Origin: Candidatus Saccharicenans subterraneus
GTDB taxonomy: Bacteria; Acidobacteriota; Aminicenantia; Aminicenantales; Saccharicenantaceae
Length of the DNA: 64,000 nt
Reading direction: 5' to 3'
Assembly: GCA_003426165.1 (NCBI GenBank)
Contig: QUAH01000007.1
Location: forward strand, 43,276-107,275
The translations under genes and the position numbers were made by a program. A model generated the notes under the pieces. The model was not told where the DNA came from and did not search any database. It saw only the letters and a program-made list of their open reading frames with translations. The first letter of the stretch is position 1. Each line of letters starts with the position of its first letter. Shown here in pieces: positions 46,648-55,224 of this stretch.

Positions 46648-47976
46648 ATGCGAGCCACCGGAGGAAAAATGACAGGCAGAAAAGCGGTAATAATTCTAAA
46701 TCAGGACGGCCAGAAAAAGATGCTGGGTCTCAGCCTGAGGCAGAGGCTGATCTTGAATGCCAGCCAGGCCGGCTGGAGCGAGTTCTGGCTTTTCCACCCG
46801 GACAGGGCCGAGGCGCAAAAAGCTGTCTTTGAGCTTTCTTCCGACCGGAGAGTGCTTGACCGGAATATCCGTTTCAAGGTTTTAAGTCACGATTTGTTCG
46901 GGAGCGAGTTGCTGGCCCCGGCCGGGGATAACTACCTGCTGTTCCTGGAAGATAACCTGGTCCTTGATCCCGCTATTTTTCCCAGGCTGGCGGATAGCCT
47001 TGATGGCCTGGACCGGCCCCTGGTCAGGGTAGAAGTCCAGGGGAAAGAAGGCCCGCGGCAGCCCTGTCCCGGCCTGCTGGTAGTCCGCTCCGGGGCCCGG
47101 GCTGATCTGGTTTTGCGCCAGGTGCTGGCGGGGAAAGCCCTTGGCCAAATTGAAGTCGGGAACGATAAGGATGAAGCCTCTGTAATATTGCTGTCCGGAT
47201 TTGCCGTGGTGGTGAAGGACAGAAAGAGTTTTACCCGGGCCCGGAACTTGTTGCTTCAGACTGCCCGCAAGCCCCAGGACGGGGTCGTGTCCAGGTTAAT
47301 AAACCGCCGGATTTCCCTGTTTCTGACCAAATATTTTCTCCATCTCAATATCCACCCGATAGCCCAGAGTATCGTAACCTTGGCCGTGGGTCTCTTGAGT
47401 GTATTTTTTGTGGGCTACGGCCGGCAGTTACTGGTACCGGGGGGAATACTCTTCGAACTGGCTTCAATAATAGATGGCTGCGACGGGGAAAACGCCCGCC
47501 TGACCTACAGGATGACCAGGACCGGACAGGCCCTGGATATCACCGCTGACGCCGTAACCTTTGTTTCGTTTTTTGTGGCCCTGCCGGTCGGGCTTTACCG
47601 GACTTACGGTGAAAAAATCTGGCTCTACCTTGGAGCCTTTGCCCTGGCCTCCATGGTGACCTTTTACCTGCAGCTCATTAACTATGCCAGGAAGACTGGA
47701 CTCGGTTATAATATCGTGGCTGTGGTCAAAGAAGTTGAAGCCAGCCGGAACCTGCCCCAGTTTCAGACGGCTATTGACCGCCTGGCGGCCAGCCTGGCCT
47801 TTATCTACCGCCGCGATTTTTTTTCAACCGCCGCTTTTATTTTGATAGTGGCCGGACTGGCCCGGCCGGCCATGGTCCTGGCGGCGGTGATGGCCTTTCT
47901 GGAAGCCCTTTATTTTTATTTCTATTCCCGGAGAAAAATGAATCCTGAACCGCAGAGAAAAGGAGAACTTCAGTGA
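46648..47976 (+). CDS. CDP-alcohol phosphotransferase with degenerate NTP-transferase-like N-domain (paralog 1)
   Basis: Signature DGCDGENARLTYRMTRTGQALDITAD (D-x-x-DG-x-x-AR-x8-G-x3-D-x3-D); C-terminal TM helices. Confidence 0.88.
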   Translation: MRATGGKMTGRKAVIILNQDGQKKMLGLSLRQRLILNASQAGWSEFWLFHPDRAEAQKAVFELSSDRRVLDRNIRFKVLSHDLFGSELLAPAGDNYLLFLEDNLVLDPAIFPRLADSLDGLDRPLVRVEVQGKEGPRQPCPGLLVVRSGARADLVLRQVLAGKALGQIEVGNDKDEASVILLSGFAVVVKDRKSFTRARNLLLQTARKPQDGVVSRLINRRISLFLTKYFLHLNIHPIAQSIVTLAVGLLSVFFVGYGRQLLVPGGILFELASIIDGCDGENARLTYRMTRTGQALDITADAVTFVSFFVALPVGLYRTYGEKIWLYLGAFALASMVTFYLQLINYARKTGLGYNIVAVVKEVEASRNLPQFQTAIDRLAASLAFIYRRDFFSTAAFILIVAGLARPAMVLAAVMAFLEALYFYFYSRRKMNPEPQRKGELQ

Positions 47977-48656
47977 AAGCAGTCATTCTGGCCGCCGGAC
48001 GGGGAACCAGGCTCGGCTTGGACTTACCCAAGGCCATGGTCCCGGTCGACGACCGGCGAACCATAATCGATTACCAGGTGGAAAACCTCAAACCCTTTAT
48101 TCCCGTGGAAAACATCCTGGTGGTGGTCGGCTTCAGGAAAGAATTGATCGTGGCCAGGCACCCCGAGCTGACCTATACCTTTAACGAGAGGTTTGCCGTC
48201 ACCAACACCAGCAAGAGCCTGCTTAAGGGCCTGAGCCGGCTGGACGAGGACGTGCTCTGGATAAACGGGGATGTGATTTTTGACCGGGGGATAATCCCGA
48301 AGATGCTCTCTGCCGGGTGTTCCTGCGTTTTGGTCGATGACAAGAGATGCGGCCCGGAAGAGGTGAAATACAGAACCGACGGGGCCGGTTTTATTACAGA
48401 AATTTCCAAGCAGGTGGAGTCGGCCCAGGGCGAGGCCCTGGGTATCAACCTGGTCGCCCGGGCCGACCTTGAGCCCCTGAGAAGGCACCTGGAACTGGTG
48501 GGAGATAACGATTATTTTGAAAAGGCCATAGAAAACTACATCGTCCGGGAAAAGGGCCGCTTTCTGGCCGTTCCCGCCGGGGGGTTATTCTGCCACGAAG
48601 TGGATTTTCCCGAGGACCTGGAGCGGGTCAGGGCTTACCTGGCCTCTGGCCGATAG
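47973..48656 (+). CDS. LicC-like phosphocholine/sugar-phosphate cytidylyltransferase
   Basis: MKAVILAAGRGTRL..PKAM, TNTSKSL, NGDVIFD, EEVKY, EVDFPEDL. Confidence 0.8.
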   Translation: MKAVILAAGRGTRLGLDLPKAMVPVDDRRTIIDYQVENLKPFIPVENILVVVGFRKELIVARHPELTYTFNERFAVTNTSKSLLKGLSRLDEDVLWINGDVIFDRGIIPKMLSAGCSCVLVDDKRCGPEEVKYRTDGAGFITEISKQVESAQGEALGINLVARADLEPLRRHLELVGDNDYFEKAIENYIVREKGRFLAVPAGGLFCHEVDFPEDLERVRAYLASGR

Positions 48657-48798
48657 CCTGGGTCGAACCCCAATTTGGAGCTCCCGACCGGGGGCTCGGC
48701 TACCTCCCCCGCCCGCAATTTTCCCGACTTTGGTTGAATTTCTGGCGGCATTATGATAAAAAAAACACTTATTTTTTAGCCACGTGGCTTAATAAACA

Positions 48799-50124
48799 GT
48801 GATAACAATGGAAGAAACAATAGTCCTGCTGAGCCGGGAAGGTCAAACCAGGATCCTGGGCCTGAGCCTGGTGGAAAGGCTGATTCTTTATGGCCAGAAG
48901 GCCGGGTTGAGAAAATTCTGGCTTTATTCAGAAGAACCCGGCCTGGCCAGTCAGGTCCTGGAAAAACTCCGTTCAGACCGGAGATTTAGCCCGGAAAAGA
49001 TGGAGCTGGCTGTCTGTAGGACTGAGGATATCGCGCGGTCAGGCCCTGAAAAGAACGGCAGCTCACCGGTCCTGGTCCTGGAAGATAAGCTGGTTGTGCA
49101 TCCAGATTTTTTTACCTCAATTATTCGGGCAAATGGCCAGGAGCCCGGCCAAGACCTCATCCTCCTCAGTCCGAACGGCTCTTCTGCCACCGAACAGACC
49201 GGCCGGGTCGGGGCCTTTCTGGTTAACCGGGAAAGAATCGGCAACCTCCTGCCAGCTCTGGTGAGTTCTGCAGGCACCGGGCCCGACGGGCTGGAAAAAA
49301 TTAAGGACTCCATTTCTGTCGGCCGTCTTGAGGTAGATTGTCCATTTGCGGTAAGAGTTGACGGCCCGGAAACAGCCCGCCAGGCAGAAAAACTTCTTCT
49401 GGAAACCGGGCGAAAGCCAGTGGACGGCTACATCACCCGGGTCTGGTTCCGCCCGATTTCCCTCAGGTTGACCAGGCATCTCATCAGGTGGGGCCTGACT
49501 CCCAACCAGATCAGCCTGATCGTTCTGGCCGTTGAACTGCTCAGCGTCTACCTGATTTTCCAGGGACAATATGGCTCCATGGCCCTGGGCTCCTTTCTAT
49601 TCCTGGCGGCCTCGGTCATAGACTGCTGCGACGGTGAAAATGCCAGGTTGACCTGCCGGGTTTCACGGTTCGGCACAATTTTTGATATCTCGGCCGATGC
49701 TTTCTTATATGTAACCTTTTTCACCGCCCTGCCCCTGGGGCTTTACCGGGGGACCTCCAGTGAGGCCTGGCTGTACGTCGGTGCTTTCGGCTGGCTGTCG
49801 ATGGTCGGCTTTTACCTGCAGATGATCCATTACGCCCGGAGAGCCGGTATCGGCTTTAACATAGTACCCATCGCCCGGGAGATAGAAACCAGCATCCACG
49901 ACCCCGATTTTCAGACCTGGGCTGACCGGCTGGCCTCCAGAATTGCCTTCATCTACCGGAGGGACTTTTTCACCACCCTGGCCTTTGTCCTGATTGCCCT
50001 GGGGGGAGCCAGGTTGCTGGCGATCATGGTTTCGTTTTTTGCCTTCCTGGAAGCGGTCTATTTCGGCAGCTGGTCACGGCGGCAGCTTAGAAAGAAGGCC
50101 TTAAACAAGCTCCAGCCCGCCTGA
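48799..50124 (+). CDS. CDP-alcohol phosphotransferase with degenerate NTP-transferase-like N-domain (paralog 2)
   Basis: DCCDGENARLTCRVSRFGTIFDISAD; shares DRLAS-x-x-AFIYRRDFF with paralog 1. Confidence 0.88.
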   Translation: MITMEETIVLLSREGQTRILGLSLVERLILYGQKAGLRKFWLYSEEPGLASQVLEKLRSDRRFSPEKMELAVCRTEDIARSGPEKNGSSPVLVLEDKLVVHPDFFTSIIRANGQEPGQDLILLSPNGSSATEQTGRVGAFLVNRERIGNLLPALVSSAGTGPDGLEKIKDSISVGRLEVDCPFAVRVDGPETARQAEKLLLETGRKPVDGYITRVWFRPISLRLTRHLIRWGLTPNQISLIVLAVELLSVYLIFQGQYGSMALGSFLFLAASVIDCCDGENARLTCRVSRFGTIFDISADAFLYVTFFTALPLGLYRGTSSEAWLYVGAFGWLSMVGFYLQMIHYARRAGIGFNIVPIAREIETSIHDPDFQTWADRLASRIAFIYRRDFFTTLAFVLIALGGARLLAIMVSFFAFLEAVYFGSWSRRQLRKKALNKLQPA

Positions 50125-50775
50125 GTTCAGGAGACTCTCGGCCAGTAGCCAGTCAGTCTCGGTGGTGATCTTGAAATTCAGCTGGCTGCCTTCCAGAAGA
50201 CCGCATCTCAGCCCGGCGGCCCAGGCCAGCGACAGGTCATCGGTGAATTCCCGTCCCCGCAATCTTTCGTAGGCCTCTCTTATAGACTGGAAGCGAAACA
50301 GCTGCGGGGTCTGGGTCCTGTAAATTTTGCTTCTGTCAGGAAAGTCCACCACCCGGCCGGCCTCGATTTCAACCAGGGTATCGGTGGATGGAATCGCCAG
50401 GGCCAGGCCGTCGTACCTGTTTTCTCCTAATAATTTCAGCCCTTCTTCCAGGGAACGAAGCGGGAAGAAAGGCCGGGCTGAGTCGTGGATGATGACCAGG
50501 TCGGTGTCATCGGGGCAGGCCGCGAGGCCGTTCCGCACCGATTGCTGCCGGCTCTCTCCGGCCGGGGCAATAACGGCTATGGCCGGATGAGGCTGGTAAT
50601 AATTTTTATAATCTTCAACCAGGACGGCCACGATCTGGTCCACCTTAAGCGCCGAGAATTTTTCGACCGAAGAATCAAAGAGCGGCCGGCCTCCAAGCCG
50701 GGCAAATTGCTTGGGGACGGTGAAGCCCAGCCTGGTCCCACGGCCTCCTCCGAGGATGATAGCGGTTGTTTTCAT
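50101..50775 (-). CDS. ispD: IspD/TarI family cytidylyltransferase
   Basis: GGGRGTRL..PKQF, GESRQQSVRNGL, IHDSARPF, QTPQLF, NFKITT. Adjacent to truD; no ispF alongside, so a TarI-type role is not excluded. Confidence 0.8.
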   Translation of the reverse strand: MKTTAIILGGGRGTRLGFTVPKQFARLGGRPLFDSSVEKFSALKVDQIVAVLVEDYKNYYQPHPAIAVIAPAGESRQQSVRNGLAACPDDTDLVIIHDSARPFFPLRSLEEGLKLLGENRYDGLALAIPSTDTLVEIEAGRVVDFPDRSKIYRTQTPQLFRFQSIREAYERLRGREFTDDLSLAWAAGLRCGLLEGSQLNFKITTETDWLLAESLLNSGGLELV

Positions 50776-50815
50776 GACGCGGTTATCCTCTGGTTAATTT
50801 AACATAAATTTAGAC

Positions 50816-51973
50816 TCAGGCTTCAATCAGAATTCTTTTAACCAGCATGGTGGCAAAGGCTCCCCGTGGCAGGCTGAAGGAGAGGACCAGGGCTTTTTTC
50901 CCGCGGTGGAGCTCATCTTCTTTCCGGTCAACGATTTCCAGGCCTTCCGGGAACAGCAGGACCTTTCTCTGGAAGGAGCGGAAGAAAACCCGGCTGAGGG
51001 CCCGGGTGCGGAAGGAAGCAAACCTCAAATTGTTTTCTTCCAGGATTTTAATGTAGAGGTTGCGGCTGCGTTCGTCGGGAAACTGCATCTTGGCCGAGGG
51101 GGTGGGCAGCTTGAGGTCTTGAAGGTAGCTAAAAACGGGCTGGTCCAGGGTTTTCCAGAAATAGAAGAGGCCGGACTCGGCCTGAACTTCCCGGAGATCG
51201 GGGATCAGCTCTCGAAGCAGCCGGCGCAGCAGCTCGTTCCAGAGGTGTGAGCCAAAGGCCGCGTAGGCCATAGCGATTTCTTCGCGGGGTATCTTCTCCA
51301 GGGCAGCCAGGAAATCATCGGGCCGCAGCAGCAGGGTCCGGAAAATCCTCTTCTCGGTTAGCCCTTTGGCCAGTTCCAGGCACTTTTCCCAGTCGCGCCA
51401 GTTTTCCAGGATCCGGGCCACTCGTTCCCGGTTCTCTTTGTTGCTGCTGGCCTGGTTCTGGGATTGCAGGAAGATCTGCAGGGCCCCGTTATAATGGCCC
51501 CGCAGCACCCGGTCGGCGAAGAAGCCGAGCTGGGGGTTGGTTCCCCGGAAACGCTGGTCGTCGAAAAAATTGGGAAAGCCAAACTGCCTGACTTCTTCCA
51601 GGTTGTCCAGGACCGGCTCAAGTTCTCTCAAATTCCTTATGGTTATGCGGAACCTGTTTCCCTGGATTAGCGAGGGACTCATCGGTTTGCGCATGAAACC
51701 GATGGCCCGGAGCGAAAAGTTCTTGTCCTCCCGGCTGAAATCCCTCTGGCTGCGGATGGTGATGTGCTGGGTGGTAACCCCGTGCTTGTCCTTCTTTCCG
51801 CCGTAGGCCAGGGCCTTGGGAGATATGGACAGGGTCTTGGCCAGGAAGCGCATCAGGTCGGGGGTGGTCCAGTTTTTCTTGGTCAGCCGGTAAACGCGGA
51901 ACTCACCGCTTTCGGCCAGGGGCAGGCTGGCCAGCTCCTCGACTATAAAATCTTCCGGTATGGCCTTGATCAT
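50816..51973 (-). CDS. truD: tRNA pseudouridine(13) synthase
   Basis: PEDFIVEE, GKKDKHGVTTQ, GNRFRITIR, GFPNFFDDQRF, FSLPRGAFAT. Confidence 0.9.
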   Translation of the reverse strand: MIKAIPEDFIVEELASLPLAESGEFRVYRLTKKNWTTPDLMRFLAKTLSISPKALAYGGKKDKHGVTTQHITIRSQRDFSREDKNFSLRAIGFMRKPMSPSLIQGNRFRITIRNLRELEPVLDNLEEVRQFGFPNFFDDQRFRGTNPQLGFFADRVLRGHYNGALQIFLQSQNQASSNKENRERVARILENWRDWEKCLELAKGLTEKRIFRTLLLRPDDFLAALEKIPREEIAMAYAAFGSHLWNELLRRLLRELIPDLREVQAESGLFYFWKTLDQPVFSYLQDLKLPTPSAKMQFPDERSRNLYIKILEENNLRFASFRTRALSRVFFRSFQRKVLLFPEGLEIVDRKEDELHRGKKALVLSFSLPRGAFATMLVKRILIEA

Positions 51974-52074
51974 AAGCTGGAGTTAATTTTAAATGAAAAG
52001 GGCGGGAAAATCTATTTGTTTACTTGTTTCTTTCAATAAGGTAAAATAAAAAAACTTAGAGAAAGGAGGCTACG

Positions 52075-52545
52075 ATGAAAGGCGATCCCAAACTTATCAA
52101 GACCCTGAATTCTTTGCTGGCTGACGAACTGACGGCCATCAATCAATACATGGTCCACTCCGAAATGTGCGACAGCTGGGGCTACGAGAAGCTCCACAAG
52201 ACCATCGAGAAAAGGGCCATCCAGGAGATGAAGCACGCCGAGAGCCTGATCGGCCGGATCCTGTTCCTGGAGGGAATTCCCATCGTCTCCGAGCTGAAGA
52301 AGATTTTCATCGGTGATGAAGTACCGAAGATGCTGGAGTTTGACCGCAAGGCCGAGTTTGAAGCCATCAAGGCCTACAACGCCGCCATCAAGCTGGCCGG
52401 CGAGGTGGGTGATTTTGCCACCAGGGAACTTCTGGAAAAAATCCTTCAGGATGAAGACAAGCATATTGACGAGATTGAAGAGCTGATGGACCAGGTCAGG
52501 CAGATGACCCTGCCCATCTTCCTGACCACCCAGACCAAGGAATAG
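52075..52545 (+). CDS. bfr: Bacterioferritin
   Basis: MKGDPKLI...ELTAINQY...EMKHA...RILFLEG...EDKH (ferroxidase centre and heme-binding Met). Confidence 0.96.
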   Translation: MKGDPKLIKTLNSLLADELTAINQYMVHSEMCDSWGYEKLHKTIEKRAIQEMKHAESLIGRILFLEGIPIVSELKKIFIGDEVPKMLEFDRKAEFEAIKAYNAAIKLAGEVGDFATRELLEKILQDEDKHIDEIEELMDQVRQMTLPIFLTTQTKE

Positions 52546-52576
52546 AAAGCCTGGCCGGGTGGCGTTCCGCCTGGTC

Positions 52577-54499
52577 TCAGAGGCTGAGGTAGGCCACTAC
52601 TTCCAGATGCCCGGTGTGGGGAAAGAAATCGACCGGCGTTAGCCGGCTGACCTTGTAGCCGCTGTCCACCAGGACTTTCAGGTCGCGGGCCAGGGTGGCC
52701 GGGTTGCAGGAAACGTAAATCAGGGCTGGAATCCTGAGCCCGATAATCTGCTTGAGGCTTCTGGGGCTGAGCCCGGCCCGGGGCGGGTCTATTACCAGCA
52801 GGTCGAAGCTGCCCCGACTGATCTCGGGTAAGGCTTCCTCCACCGAGCTCTCCTGGAACCGGACGTTCTGGACGTGGTTAATGGCCAGGTTCTCGTTGGC
52901 CGTTCTGATGTTGGCCGGGTCCCAGTCCACTCCCACCACCTCGGTCGCGGCCTTGGACAGGCAGATTTCTATGGCGCCCGAGCCGCAGTACAGGCCGAGG
53001 GCGGACTGGGTGCGCAGCCGGCGGGCTTCTTCCTGGATGAGGGCATAGACCATTTCAGCGGCCAGGGGGTTGGTCTGGAAAAAGGAGCCCGGATAAATCC
53101 TGAAGCGGAAACCCTGAAGCATTTCTTCTATGGCTTCCCGGCCGTAGACCAGGTGAGTTTTTTCAAAGGCGACCACGTCGGCAATGCGGTCGTTTTCCAC
53201 CCACCAGAAGCTGGCCAGCTCCGGCACCGCCTCCAGGATGGCCGCCGCGAATTCATCAGCCGGCAATTCAGCCTGGCTGGTGGTGACCAGGAGTAGCATC
53301 AGCTCCCCGGTCCTCTTGCCCTCCCTGATTACCAGGTGGCGGAAAAAACCTTTCTTGGTTTCCAGGTCGAAAACCGGCAGACCGGTCTTGGCAGCCTGGC
53401 GGCTTACGGCCTGGAATATTTTTTCAGTCAGCGGGGTGCTGAGGTGGCAGATTTTAAGGGGGACGACTCTCTTATTGTGGTGTCCCCGGTTGGACCTGGT
53501 TTTTTCTCGCAGGCCCAGGAAGATTTCTCCCCCGGACTGCCCGAATGAGAATTCCATTTTATTACGGTAAAAATACTGGACAGGGGAGGGCAGGATTCGT
53601 TCAATTTCCAGGTAGCGGTAGCTTGAAGGAAAGTGCTGCTTGAAGACTTCAAGCAGGTAGCTTTCCTTCTGGCGCAGTTGCTCGCTGTAAACCAGATCCT
53701 GGAAAGCGCAACCACCGCAGAGGCCGAAATGGGGGCAGGCTGCCTTTTGCCTGGCCGGCCCTGGCGTGATTATCTCCAGAAGCCGGGCCTTGATGGCTGT
53801 TTTGCCCGCAGGCAGGTAAGAGATTTCCACCAGGTCGCCCGGATAGGCTCCCGGGACCTGGAAAGTTTGCCCCTGGCTGCGGGCCAGTCCAGCCGCTTCC
53901 GGGAGAAGAAAACCTGATATCTCCACCCGGGCCTTGGTTTCCTGGAACTTGTTGAACAACCGTCGCAGCAGTCGGACCGGCAGGCCAACCACGTTATTAT
54001 AGTCGCCTTCCAGTTTCTCCAGAAACAGGTCCTTTATTTCCTGGATGGCGTAGGCCCCGGCCTTGTCCTGGTAGGTGTTCCGGTTGAGGTAGGCCCTGAT
54101 ATCTTCAATGGTCAGAGGCTTGAAGGTCACCCGGCTGGTTTCCTGGCCGCTCAACAGCCGGTCTTCCTGCTGGTTGTAAAGAACAACCGCGGTTATCACC
54201 TGGTGGGTCCGGCCGGAAAGCAATCCCAGCATCCGTTCGGCCTCAGCCCGGTCAGAAGGTTTTCCCAGTATCTGGCCGTCTATGGTAACCACGGTGTCGG
54301 CGGCAATCACCAGGGCTTCGGGGTTGGAGGCGGCCACCGCCCGGGCCTTGGCCTCGGCTGCCTTCAGGGCAAAAACCACTGGGTCCTTCTCGGCAATCTG
54401 ATTTTCATCCAGGCCGCTGGGAATAACCAGAAAAGATTTGACTATCCTTTTGAGTAACTTGATTCTTCGTGGAGATTCCGAGGCCAGGATAACCTTCAT
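52577..54499 (-). CDS. Fusion: Maf nucleotide pyrophosphatase + TRAM/4Fe-4S RNA (uracil-5)-methyltransferase RlmD-like
   Basis: N-terminal ILASESPRR, AADTVV, GKP, DKAGAYAIQ, NVVGLP; C-terminal CPHFGLCGGC, YRNKMEF, SFFQTN, LYCGSG, DPPRAGL, YVSCNPATLARD, DFFPHTGHLE, all in one frame. Confidence 0.92.
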   Translation of the reverse strand: MKVILASESPRRIKLLKRIVKSFLVIPSGLDENQIAEKDPVVFALKAAEAKARAVAASNPEALVIAADTVVTIDGQILGKPSDRAEAERMLGLLSGRTHQVITAVVLYNQQEDRLLSGQETSRVTFKPLTIEDIRAYLNRNTYQDKAGAYAIQEIKDLFLEKLEGDYNNVVGLPVRLLRRLFNKFQETKARVEISGFLLPEAAGLARSQGQTFQVPGAYPGDLVEISYLPAGKTAIKARLLEIITPGPARQKAACPHFGLCGGCAFQDLVYSEQLRQKESYLLEVFKQHFPSSYRYLEIERILPSPVQYFYRNKMEFSFGQSGGEIFLGLREKTRSNRGHHNKRVVPLKICHLSTPLTEKIFQAVSRQAAKTGLPVFDLETKKGFFRHLVIREGKRTGELMLLLVTTSQAELPADEFAAAILEAVPELASFWWVENDRIADVVAFEKTHLVYGREAIEEMLQGFRFRIYPGSFFQTNPLAAEMVYALIQEEARRLRTQSALGLYCGSGAIEICLSKAATEVVGVDWDPANIRTANENLAINHVQNVRFQESSVEEALPEISRGSFDLLVIDPPRAGLSPRSLKQIIGLRIPALIYVSCNPATLARDLKVLVDSGYKVSRLTPVDFFPHTGHLEVVAYLSL

Positions 54500-55089
54500 T
54501 TTTTATCAGAGGCTCCGGGCTTGACCAGGGGCAGTCCCTGCTGGCAGAGGGGACAGCTCTCGGGCTCATAGGCTGAGACCTTCAGGGCCAGCAGGCTGCG
54601 AACCGGTTTTCCCTCTATCAGGACCTGGCCGGCGCTGCGGTCGACCAGGCAGTAGATTCCGTTCACGGTAACCTGCAGCGATTTAAGGCATTCCAGGACT
54701 TCCTGGACCGAACCGCCGGTGGTCAGGATATCTTCCACGATTATGGCTCGCTGGCCCGGTAGCCCGGCGAAGCCCGAGCGGACGGTCATTTTCTCCTCGA
54801 CCCTCTGGGAAAAGGCGAAGAGCTTGTTGAGCTTCAGGGCGGTCAGAAAACCTATGGCGATGCCGCCGTAGGCCGGGGACACCACGTAATCGAATTCCGG
54901 GTTGTCTTTCTGGATCTCTTCCACCAGCAGGTCGATAATTTTTTCCAAAACTGCCGGCCGCTCGATCAACTTGATCTTTTCGAAGTAAACGTCGGAATGC
55001 TTTCCGGACGTGAGCTTGAAATGGCCTTTGAGCAGGGCCTGGCTTTCCTTGAATAAATTGAGAATCATCTCAGAGCGGTTTTCAGGCAT
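54496..55089 (-). CDS. pyrE: Orotate phosphoribosyltransferase
   Basis: GHFKLTSGKHS, PRPP motif IVEDILTTGGSV, zinc-like CPLC tail. Confidence 0.95.
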   Translation of the reverse strand: MPENRSEMILNLFKESQALLKGHFKLTSGKHSDVYFEKIKLIERPAVLEKIIDLLVEEIQKDNPEFDYVVSPAYGGIAIGFLTALKLNKLFAFSQRVEEKMTVRSGFAGLPGQRAIIVEDILTTGGSVQEVLECLKSLQVTVNGIYCLVDRSAGQVLIEGKPVRSLLALKVSAYEPESCPLCQQGLPLVKPGASDKK

Positions 55090-55224
55090 GCTGTCCTCCG
55101 ATGCACTTTTTCATTTGGGATTGAAGGAAAAGTATAGCCCAAGCCGTCCTTAAAGAAAAGATGCTTTATTAAGGAAAAATTCATGGGTATAATAGACACA
55201 AGTTATCTTGGCCTTGGGTGAAGC

